Assembly (NCBI GenBank): GCA_963663025.1
Contig: OY760073.1
Location: forward strand, 1,897,354-1,961,353
Length of the DNA: 64,000 bases
DNA from: Dehalococcoidia bacterium
GTDB taxonomy: Bacteria > Chloroflexota > Dehalococcoidia > Lucifugimonadales > JAGWBF01
Direction of reading: 5' to 3'
Shown here piece by piece: positions 18,387-26,209 of this stretch. Position 1 is the stretch's first letter. Every line of letters begins with the position of its first letter. Under the pieces are notes generated by a model. That model saw nothing but the letters and a program-made list of their open reading frames with translations, ran no database searches and was not told the origin of the DNA. A program made the position numbers and the translations under genes.

Positions 18387-19331
18387 ATGAACGTAGCGGT
18401 TACCGGGGCATCGGGCTTCCTGGGGCGGAACCTCCTGCCCGTCCTCAGCGCCGACCCGTCCATCGAAAGCATCATAGCCCTGGACATGGCGCCCGCAGGC
18501 CCCGACCTACCCAAGGTCGATCACCGCCGGGTGGACCTTGCCTCCCTGCCCGCCGACGCCTTCGCCAAGGACCGGGTCGATGCCGTCCTCCACCTAGCCT
18601 TCCACCTGCGCACCGACCGCCGGGGCCGCCTGAGCCAAGACAACCTGGCCGGCACCCGGGCCCTCCTGGAAGCCTGCCATAGCGCCAGCGTGCCCAACAT
18701 CATCTTCCTCAGCAGCCACACCATCTACGGCGCCCATGCCCACAACCCTGTGCCCATAACTGAGGACACCCCAGCGGACCCACTGCCCGGCTTCGGCTAC
18801 GCCGAGGACAAGGCCGCCTGCGAGGAGCTTATGCTGGAGTACGCCGAAACCCACCCCGACGCCACCGTCGCCATCCTCCGCTCCTGCATGGTGCTCGGCC
18901 CGGGCAGCGCAGGCAGATACCCCGCCCGCACCCTCTTCAAGCCTGTCTTGCTGCGCCTCATGGGCTATGATCCCCTTCTACAATTCGTGCATGTGGAGGA
19001 CCTGACCCGCCTTCTCCACCGGCTTGTCACCCAGCCTGTGGCGGGCGCCTTCAACGTGGCAGGCGACGGCGCCATCCCCTACAGCCGGGCCGCCCGCATC
19101 GCCTCCAGCCGCTTGCTGCCCCTGCCCGTGGGCTTGGCGTATCCCCTGGTCGGCCTGACCTGGCGCCTGGGGCTCCAGGGCGACTCCCCTGCCATCGGCC
19201 TCGAGTACATCCGCCACCCCATCCTCCTGGACACCGCCAAGCTCACCCACGCCACCGGCTTCCGGTTCTCCCACTCCTCCGAGTCCGCCCTCCGCGCCGC
19301 CTTCCCCAGTTCGTCTTCCCCCCTCCCTTGA
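18387..19331 (+). CDS. NAD-dependent epimerase/dehydratase (SDR)
   Basis: VAVTGASGFLGRNLL Rossmann motif, YxxxK (YAEDK); last codons lie in repeat-like sequence. Confidence 0.8.
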   Translation: MNVAVTGASGFLGRNLLPVLSADPSIESIIALDMAPAGPDLPKVDHRRVDLASLPADAFAKDRVDAVLHLAFHLRTDRRGRLSQDNLAGTRALLEACHSASVPNIIFLSSHTIYGAHAHNPVPITEDTPADPLPGFGYAEDKAACEELMLEYAETHPDATVAILRSCMVLGPGSAGRYPARTLFKPVLLRLMGYDPLLQFVHVEDLTRLLHRLVTQPVAGAFNVAGDGAIPYSRAARIASSRLLPLPVGLAYPLVGLTWRLGLQGDSPAIGLEYIRHPILLDTAKLTHATGFRFSHSSESALRAAFPSSSSPLP

Positions 19332-19334
19332 TGC

Positions 19335-20040
19335 AACTGCCCGTTCGCCCTTCGAGAGCCTCAGCACGAACGGGGCCCGCCGTCATTGCGGCCCCCCACC
19401 GTCATTGCGGCGTAGGCCGCAATCCAGGAAACACAGGCTGGGGAGCAAGCCTCCCATACCGTCCCTCCTGCCCATTCGCCCTTCGAGAGCCTCAGGGCGA
19501 ACGGCAGTATAAGGCCCACGCCCCCCATTCGTGCTGAGGGGACTCGAAGCATGAACGGGGGCCGTCGTCATTGCGGCGTAGGCCGCAATCCAGGAAAGTC
19601 AGGCCGGAAACAGCTGGGTGTGACAAAGATGCCCCGCCGTCATTGCGGCGTAGGCCGCAATCCAGGAAAGTCAGGCCGGGGACAGGCCGCCCATACCGTC
19701 CCCCTGCCGTTCCCCCTTCGAGAGCCTCAGGGCGAACGGCTGTGCAGGCCCACGCCCCCCGTTCATGCTGAGCACCCCCTTCCGTTCGTGCTGAGGCTCT
19801 CGAAGCACGAAGGGAGGGTGAAGGACGAAGCCATCCGCCGTCATTGCGGCGTAGGCCGCAATCCAGGACGGAGCATTGCCGGGTCCCGGGATGGCTCCTT
19901 TATCCCCGTAAGTGCCATATTGAGGAACTTGGCCCAATTCCAGGTCTAGGGTTTCCTGGATTGCGGCCTCCGCCGCAATGACGACTAGCGTGGAGGACGT
20001 CCCTGCCGTTCACCCTTCGAGAGCCTCAGGGCGAACGGAC
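19335..20040. repeat. REP/BIME-like mosaic array 1
   Basis: Modules A (about 5 copies) and B in both orientations; track ORFs here (e.g. 19551..19949) are repeat translations. Confidence 0.9.
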
Positions 20041-20053
20041 AATCCCGCTGTCG

Positions 20054-20083
20054 TTGACGAAAGATTGCCTCGGCTACTATAGT
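20054..20083 (+). promoter_or_regulatory. sigma70-like promoter of the small-protein/protease pair
   Basis: TTGACG (20054-20059) - 18 nt - TATAGT (20078-20083). Confidence 0.45.
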
Positions 20084-20136
20084 GGACTTGAGGCGCCTTA
20101 ATGCCCTGAACCAGGGGAGAGCGCACTCCCACACAA

Positions 20137-20150
20137 GGTCCTCGAGGACC
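20137..20150. promoter_or_regulatory. perfect 14-bp palindrome, operator-like
   Basis: GGTCCTCGAGGACC between the promoter and ATG 20179. Confidence 0.35.
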
Positions 20151-20178
20151 GAAAAGAGTAGGCGATGAGAAGGGGAAA

Positions 20179-20466
20179 ATGGCTACAGGACCGAGTCCAC
20201 GCCAAGTCATAGAAGAGATGGGTGGGGCCAAAGCGGTCCTTGCGGGGTTTACTGAGTTCTATAACAGGATGAACGCCCTGGATGCCAAGCGATCCCAGCT
20301 TACCGAAGAGTACCCCGATAAGTGGATCGCCTTGCACAACGGAGAGGTAAGTGTCAGCTCCGATTCCCTGGAAGAACTCCTTGGAGAAATGGACCGCCTC
20401 GGCATACCAAGGAAAGAGTCCATCGTCGAATTTATGGAAACCGAGCGCAGAAACCTGGTTCTTTAG
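20179..20466 (+). CDS. small protein resembling DUF5678-type proteins
   Basis: 95 aa, good RBS (GAGAAGGGGAAA-ATG); C-terminal EYPDKWIALHNGEVSVSSDSLEELL pattern. Confidence 0.6.
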   Translation: MATGPSPRQVIEEMGGAKAVLAGFTEFYNRMNALDAKRSQLTEEYPDKWIALHNGEVSVSSDSLEELLGEMDRLGIPRKESIVEFMETERRNLVL

Positions 20467-20478
20467 CAGGCCTGCCTC

Positions 20479-20919
20479 TTGATTAGCGGAACCTTTGACC
20501 CAACGTACAGACGGCCCTACGTCCGGGGCCGTCTTGCTTTACCCGGCCTCCACCTCGATGACTACATCTACTTCCTCGTGGATACTGGGGCAGACACCAC
20601 CACGATCTATCCCCGCGACGCGCTGCGCATGGGCATCGACTACGACAAGCTCTCTCCCGTGGAGGTCCCCCAGTACGGGGTCGGAGGCATCGAATATGCC
20701 TCTGAGGAACACGCAAACATCTTTTTCCAAGATGGCCGCTCTATCCGCACTTACACCATCCTGGTATCCGTTCCTAGGCCAACGGAACACAATATTCGCC
20801 TCCCCTCTCTCTTGGGCCAGGACATCATCCAGTACTGGAGAATGGTCCACGACAAACGCCGGGACCGCTTGACCTTCACCGTTCGCCGGGCAGACCTGAC
20901 CCTGCGCAGCCACCAATGA
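20479..20919 (+). CDS. retropepsin-like (clan AA) aspartic protease, single domain
   Basis: 146 aa; FLVDTGADTTTI catalytic DTGA at residues 35-38 and SLLGQDIIQYW near the C terminus, parallel to retroviral LLDTGADDTV / IIGRNLL. Confidence 0.75.
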   Translation: MISGTFDPTYRRPYVRGRLALPGLHLDDYIYFLVDTGADTTTIYPRDALRMGIDYDKLSPVEVPQYGVGGIEYASEEHANIFFQDGRSIRTYTILVSVPRPTEHNIRLPSLLGQDIIQYWRMVHDKRRDRLTFTVRRADLTLRSHQ

Positions 20920-20930
20920 CCCCCTACTTC

Positions 20931-20987
20931 TCCGAGGCCGCCCTCCGCGCCGCCTTCCCCGACCCATCTTCCCCCCTCCCTTGATGC
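20931..20987 (+). repeat. 57-nt duplicate of the 3' end of the epimerase gene (partner 19278..19334)
   Basis: TCCGAG-N-CCGCCCTCCGCGCCGCCTTCCCC-N7-CTTCCCCCCTCCCTTGATGC present at both sites, including the TGA stop. Confidence 0.85.
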
Positions 20988-21522
20988 TCTTTTTTCGTCC
21001 CCCTCCCTTGATGGGAGGGGATTAAGGGGAGGGTGATACCCAGCCCCGAGCCTCCCCTAATTTTGCTCCCCCTCACCCCAACCCTCTCCCTCCAGGGGCG
21101 AGGGAGTATTGGGAGGGTGACCCGCCCGCTAGAGAAGGCCCCCCTGCCCGTTCGCCCTGAGGCTCTCGAAGGGTGAACGGCTGTACAGGCCGCCGCTGCC
21201 CCCCCGTTCGTGCTGAGACTGTCCTGAGGCTCTCGAAGGGGGGACTCGAAGCATGAACGGGGGGGGGCCGCAATCCAGGACGGAGCATTGCCGGATCCCG
21301 GGATGGCTCCTTTCCCTCAGTGACTACTACAGTGGAGACCTGACGCAGTCCCGGAGTTTCCTGGATTGCGGCCTACGCCGCAATGACGAATAGCGTGGAG
21401 GACGTCCCTGCCGTTCACCCTTCGAGAGCCTCAGGGCGAACGGCTGTACAGGCCGCCGCTGCCCCCCGTTCGTGCTGAGCCTGTCCTGAGGCCCTCGAAG
21501 GAGGAAATCGAAGGGGAACGGG
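20968..21522. repeat. REP/BIME-like mosaic array 2
   Basis: Modules D, C, B, A, B. Confidence 0.9.
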
Positions 21523-21572
21523 CGGAGCCATAACGCACGGCAGGTGTCAGGGTGTCCCTACATCCCAGCCGG

Positions 21573-21581
21573 TGCTATAAT
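21573..21581 (+). promoter_or_regulatory. extended -10 promoter (TGcTATAAT)
   Basis: TGCTATAAT 41 nt upstream of ATG 21622; no good -35. Confidence 0.4.
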
Positions 21582-21621
21582 CGGGCGCCAGACCCAATAC
21601 CCTTCCTTACAGGAGTACGCC

Positions 21622-22488
21622 ATGACCACCAACAAGAAAGCCACCACCGTCGTCCGCGAAGCCTTCTTCCGCAAGGGCAGGCCCATCTTCGGCATCAGCG
21701 CCCCCACTCCCTTCGGCGCCAAGCTCCTCGAGCGCGCCGGCTTCGAGTACCTATTTATCGGCGGCGATGCCACCATGGCCCCCATGCTGGACATCCAGGG
21801 CACCGGCGAGATCGACATGACCACCTCCGTCATGCTCGGCAGAACCTTCGCCAACGCCGTCTCCATTCCCATCGTCATGGACGTTGACGTGGGCTTCGGC
21901 GGCCCCACCCAGGTCGCCAAGATCGTCCGCGAGTACATCCGCAACGGCGTCGCAGGCATACGCATCGAGGACGGCATCGTCCGCTACCTCCGCGACAAGG
22001 TCCAGGGCAGCGTCCACGACGAGGTGACCTCCGCCGAGGAGATGGTGCTCAAGGTCGAGGCCGCCTCCGACGCCCGCAACGAGCTGGACCCCGACTTCCT
22101 CATCATCGCCCGCAGCGACTGCCACTTCGCCGAGGGCTACCGGGGCGTCGAGGAGGTCATCGAGCGGGCCAAGGCCTACAACAAGGCAGGCGCCGACGTG
22201 CTATTCACCACTAGCGCCGTCAAGGCCCAGGGCGACGTCAAGGACCACATCCGCACCGTCGTCCAGGGCGTCGCCCCCATGCCCGTCTCCATCCCCGGCA
22301 ACGGCCTGGATGTGGACGAGGGGGCCGAGCTGGGCGTGGCCGAGATACGCTACCCCTACGAGCTCCTCCGGGCCATGCACTCGGCCGGGTGGGACCACAT
22401 CGTGGACATCAAGAACCGGGGCGTCGCCGCCATCAACGACTGGCGGGAGCGCAACAAGGACAACCCCTACCGCGCCAACCAGGCCTGA
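21622..22488 (+). CDS. isocitrate lyase / PEP mutase family protein (methylisocitrate lyase-like)
   Basis: AGGAG 6 nt upstream of ATG 21622; FEYLFIGGD, VMDVDVGFGG, GIRIEDG blocks. Confidence 0.8.
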   Translation: MTTNKKATTVVREAFFRKGRPIFGISAPTPFGAKLLERAGFEYLFIGGDATMAPMLDIQGTGEIDMTTSVMLGRTFANAVSIPIVMDVDVGFGGPTQVAKIVREYIRNGVAGIRIEDGIVRYLRDKVQGSVHDEVTSAEEMVLKVEAASDARNELDPDFLIIARSDCHFAEGYRGVEEVIERAKAYNKAGADVLFTTSAVKAQGDVKDHIRTVVQGVAPMPVSIPGNGLDVDEGAELGVAEIRYPYELLRAMHSAGWDHIVDIKNRGVAAINDWRERNKDNPYRANQA

Positions 22489-22491
22489 TGT

Positions 22492-23220
22492 CTTTATCCC
22501 CCTCACTCCAACCCTCTCCCGCCAGAGGAGAGGGGGCCCCAATATCTCCCCCCTCCCTTGATGGGAGGGGACTAAGGGGAGGGTGAAACACTGAAGGGAG
22601 CCATCCTGCTAGCCGGCAGCGCTCCGTCCTGGATTGCGGCCTCCGCCGCAATGACGAACAAGGTGGAGGGCGCCCATACCGTCCCACCTGCCCGTTCACC
22701 CTTCGAGGGCCTCAGGGCGAACGGACAGTATAAGGCCCACGCCCCCCGTTCGTGCTGAGCACCCCCTTCCGTTCGTGCTGAGGCTCTCGAAGCACGAAGG
22801 GACAAGCCGCCCCTACATTAGAGCCATCCTGGAACCCGGCAGCGCTCCGTCCTGGATTGCGGCCTTCGCCGCAATGACGAATAGCGTGGAGGCCGCCCAT
22901 ACCGTCCCACCTGCCCGTTCACCCTTCGAGAGCCTCAGGACAGGCTCAGCAGGAACGGGCCCCACCGTCATTGCGGCGTAGGCCGCAATCCAGGAAAGTC
23001 AGACCGGGAACAGCTGGTTGTGACGACCCCCCCACCGTCATTGCGGCGTAGGCCGCAATCCAGGAAAGTCAGACCGGGAACAGCTGGTTGTGACGACCCC
23101 CCCACCGTCATTGCGGCGTAGGCCGCAATCCAGGAAAGTCAGACCGGGAACAGCTGGGTATGACGAAAACCCCCCACCGTCATTGCGGCGTAGGCCGCAA
23201 TCCAGGAAACCTAGGTCGGG
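22492..23220. repeat. REP/BIME-like mosaic array 3 (includes 70-bp tandem)
   Basis: Modules C-D-A-B-B-A-B then four tandem module-A units. Confidence 0.9.
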
Positions 23221-23251
23221 GCCAGGGGCGTGGGGATGACGGGGCAGGGAA

Positions 23252-23587
23252 TCAGGGCGGCCCAATAAGCCACGAACCGCCGTCAGCCTCAGTGATCCTC
23301 AGGCCGTGGGCCCTGGCGATGGCTTCGTGCACCGACGATAGCTCCGCAGGAGGATTGGCGAGTTCCAATAGCAGGTCGCGCCCGTGGCTTTGTGAAAGCT
23401 CGCCCATCGAGTGCAGCAGCTCATCGAAGAAGGATGGCGTAAATCCTTGGATTCCCGCAAAGTCCAGCGCCAAAGATTCCGCCGATTCATTCAACGCCTC
23501 CGCTATGCCCGCTCCCACATTCCTGGCCGTTGTCCTCGTGACAAGCAATTTGAATGCGACCATATCTGCGATGCCTATCATGCCCAC
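23252..23587 (-). CDS. STAS-like protein resembling DUF4325
   Basis: 111 aa; LALDFAGIQGFTPSFFDELL pattern; GGAGGTG RBS; 11 nt downstream of the ATPase gene. Confidence 0.65.
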   Translation of the reverse strand: MGMIGIADMVAFKLLVTRTTARNVGAGIAEALNESAESLALDFAGIQGFTPSFFDELLHSMGELSQSHGRDLLLELANPPAELSSVHEAIARAHGLRITEADGGSWLIGPP

Positions 23588-23598
23588 ACCTCCGCCCC

Positions 23599-24204
23599 TC
23601 AGCCCGGAATCGAAGCGTAAGCTAGCGTACCGGGAAACAACTTTGTACGCCGTGCCTGGCTCTGGAGTTCTTCCCCTATCTGAAGCACACCAATACCGGA
23701 CTGTATTAAGAGCTGCCTTTGCGCCTTTCGCACCTCTTCCACCACGCTGAATAGCCCCATACCCCTGGTGGGGTCCTGCGTTCCGCTTACCCGTTCCTGC
23801 ATAGCAACCTCAATCGCCACCCAGTCATAGGGCACCCGGGCCAACAGCGCAGGGTTCCGCTCCAGCGAGCGCCTGATCCCTATTCCTCCATCAGCTACGG
23901 CGCAGATGAACCGAGGCCCGTTGGCCGACTCCCGGTATTGGATATAACCGAAGGCGCCGACCTCGGATTCCGAGTGCTGGACTGCATTGAGCGCCAGCTC
24001 GGCGAAAGCGTCGGCCACCACTTGGTAAATGTTTGAAGCTCCAAGCCCGGAACCTGTCAGACCATCGATTACATCGTTGGCGACCTTCTCGACTTGGTAC
24101 TCGGATTCCAGATCGGTCAATGGCAAAATGAGCCTTTCAGTGCCTCCGCCTGGAACATCTCTATCGTCGATCGCCACTCCCTTTTCCTTCAGGATATCGA
24201 ACAT
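23599..24204 (-). pseudogene. 3' part of IS-disrupted STAS-GHKL ATPase gene (SpoIIAB/RsbW-like kinase domain)
   Basis: N-box ELALNAVQHS, G1 VADGGIGI, G2 TRGMGLF. The ATG at 24204 is internal to the reconstructed gene. Confidence 0.75.
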
Positions 24205-24374
24205 GCCAAGGGACTTCAGGTAGCTGGGTTCCGTTTGCTTCTAGTGTCTTGCCTATGGTAGCATTTCCGTATGGCTGAGTTTAACCACCGAGAAGGGATA
24301 TTGCGTTCAGTGTGAGATGAACAAACGGACGCCCTGGAGTATGCGGCTCCAGGGCGTCCAGACCAAGGGGGGCT

Positions 24375-24648
24375 ATGGAGATGCTGGTTAACGTCCTGTC
24401 GTTGGTACTTGGGTGTTCGGTTGTATTGGGGAGTTTCTTTGCTGGCTGGCTTCTAGGTGCGCTTCTGAATTCTGACTCTTGGGCGACGAGCATAGGTAGC
24501 ACGGCTCTACTCCTATGCGGATTTTTTGGCGTCGTCGCACTTGTACCTTTGCTACTATCCCAAGCATTATGAAGGTGAAACTCAACATGAAGGTTGAGAA
24601 GATTGCTAGGAGACTAGTAACATCCGTTACGCCGTGCTCAAACAGCAT
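24375..24648. other. small hydrophobic ORF(s) inside the IS, strand ambiguous
   Basis: Plus-strand 65-aa two-helix ORF (24375..24572). Overlapping minus-strand 86-aa ORF (24388..24648) has an AAGAGG RBS and a downstream hairpin at 24327-24359. I cannot decide between them. Confidence 0.3.
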
Positions 24649-24689
24649 AATTACCTCTTAGTGCAGAAGCTAGCTTACAACAAACACAA

Positions 24690-24977
24690 GTGTGGTTGTC
24701 AACTATGAGCAGGCGCAGGAAGAACGGAGACCTGACCGACTATGAGTTGGCTTGGGTTGTGCGGGAAGTTTCCAAGCTCACCAACAAGAGTTTCCGTGAG
24801 ATCGGAGAGAACCTTGCCAACGAAATGTCCGACAATGAGGATGTTCTCTCCGAGGATGACTTCGAGCTAGGGAACAACATCGCTGCCACGCTGGAAACGC
24901 TTTGGCCCAGAGAGGGATTATGGCAGCCTGGGCCGAATGCAGAGCGGGCATTGAAGCTAATCCAACGGGTGCTGTAG
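24690..24977 (+). CDS. IS accessory ORF (hypothetical)
   Basis: 95 aa (probably from ATG 24705), ends 9 nt before the transposase ATG; weak RBS. Confidence 0.4.
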   Translation: MWLSTMSRRRKNGDLTDYELAWVVREVSKLTNKSFREIGENLANEMSDNEDVLSEDDFELGNNIAATLETLWPREGLWQPGPNAERALKLIQRVL

Positions 24978-24985
24978 GAGCTCAC

Positions 24986-26146
24986 ATGACCGAGTTTACC
25001 GAGACCACAACCTACATCATCACCTGCCCCGACTGCCAGGGGAATAAGGTCAGGAAGCACGGCTTCCAGGCAGGGCAGCAACGCTATTTCTGCAAGGGCT
25101 GTAAAAAGGCGTTCCGTGCCAACGGCAAAGCCCAGGGCCGCAGAATGGACGCCGACATGGTGGGTTCCGCCATCAGGGACTACTACACTGGCAAAAGCTA
25201 CAAGCAGATTGCCGAAGGGCTGAAGAATGAGTACGACCTGGCGAAGGAGCCGAGCAAGGCCACCATCTATGAGAACGTGAGGGATTACACCACCAAGGCC
25301 GTTGGGGAGCTGAAAGACCACAAGGCCAAGACGGGCGGCCACTGGGTAGCCGATGAAATGCAGGTGGATGTGGGCGGGGAAAAGGTGTGGCTGTGGAACG
25401 TGATGGACTCCAAGACCCGCTACATTCTGGCATCCCATCTGACACCAAGACGGGATGCCCAAGCCGCCAGGGTGGTCTTGCGAAAGGCGGCGCTGGCGGC
25501 AGATAAGCCCCCCACAAGCATCACGACCGACAAGCTACGTTCCTACATTCCAGCCGTCAAGGATGTCATTCCCGAGTCCAAGCATATCCAGTCCGAGGGG
25601 ATGCGGGCCAAGGTCAACAACAACCTTTCGGAGCGTTTGCAAGGGACCTTCAGAGACCGCATAAAGACTTTGCGGGGCCTCGACAGCATCAAGACTGGTC
25701 AGCACTACCTCGACGGCTGGACGCTGACTTACAACCATTTCCGAGGCCATGAAAGCCTTGGGAATAAGACGCCAGGGGAGAAGGCGAAGATGAAGCCTCC
25801 GTTCAGGGAGTGGGCAGACGTGGTAAAAGCAGGGGCCGCAACCCTGCCGAAGGTAAAGGCGGGGAAGCGGCCATCGCTATCGTTACCGAAGTCGAGACAG
25901 CCAAAAGCCAGCCAGGATAAGGAAGCTGGCACGAAACGACGTGGACGCATCAAACCGCCCAAGCCTGTGTTGCCGAAGGTGGGACGGTCTCAAGCAGACC
26001 AGGGTAAGAAAGCTGGCAAGAGACCACGTGGTCTTATCGAACCGCCCAAGCCTGTGTTGCCGAAGGTGGGACGCCGTGCCAAGAAGCCTAAATCTCGAAC
26101 TCCCAGGTGGGCAAGAGTCATCCCACGTCTGCCACGACGGAATTAA
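24986..26146 (+). CDS. DDE transposase with N-terminal CxxC..CxxC zinc finger
   Basis: AGGAG 5 nt upstream of the ATG; CPDCQGNKVRKHGFQAGQQRYFCKGCKKAF. DDE-like blocks WVADEMQVDV, SITTDKLRSY, NNNLSERLQGTFRDR (IS6/IS240-type spacing). Basic C-terminal tail with a 29-aa tandem duplication. Confidence 0.85.
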   Translation: MTEFTETTTYIITCPDCQGNKVRKHGFQAGQQRYFCKGCKKAFRANGKAQGRRMDADMVGSAIRDYYTGKSYKQIAEGLKNEYDLAKEPSKATIYENVRDYTTKAVGELKDHKAKTGGHWVADEMQVDVGGEKVWLWNVMDSKTRYILASHLTPRRDAQAARVVLRKAALAADKPPTSITTDKLRSYIPAVKDVIPESKHIQSEGMRAKVNNNLSERLQGTFRDRIKTLRGLDSIKTGQHYLDGWTLTYNHFRGHESLGNKTPGEKAKMKPPFREWADVVKAGAATLPKVKAGKRPSLSLPKSRQPKASQDKEAGTKRRGRIKPPKPVLPKVGRSQADQGKKAGKRPRGLIEPPKPVLPKVGRRAKKPKSRTPRWARVIPRLPRRN

Positions 26147-26172
26147 CTGTCACTGGCCAGTGACAGTTAATT
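26141..26172. repeat. perfect 32-nt palindrome at the IS right end
   Basis: AATTAACTGTCACTGG|CCAGTGACAGTTAATT overlapping the transposase stop codon. Confidence 0.85.
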
Positions 26173-26209
26173 GGACGCAAAACGTCAAACACTACTAGCA
26201 AACGGAACC

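Larger units (their letters stand above)
24227..26209 (+). mobile_element. IS element (IS6-like DDE transposase with zinc-finger N terminus), 1983 bp
   Basis: Terminal inverted repeats GGTTCCGTTTGCTTCTAGTG (24227-24246) / revcomp of 26190-26209 GGTTCCGTTTGCTAGTAGTG; 8-bp direct repeat GGTAGCTG at 24219-24226 and 26210-26217; visibly lower G+C. Confidence 0.85.

Noticed and set aside
22961-23215. CRISPR-like appearance: a palindromic repeat of about 30 nt alternating with spacers of about 40 nt
   Set aside because: The spacers are identical between units, so this is a plain 70-bp tandem repeat. The palindromic part is module A, which is scattered over all the arrays, and no cas genes are present in the window.
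24902-24985. Programmed -1 frameshift between the IS accessory ORF and the transposase: the frames differ by -1 and overlap by 76 nt
   Set aside because: No slippery X-XXY-YYZ heptamer is present in the overlap. The transposase also has its own AGGAG-ATG start and already contains the zinc finger.
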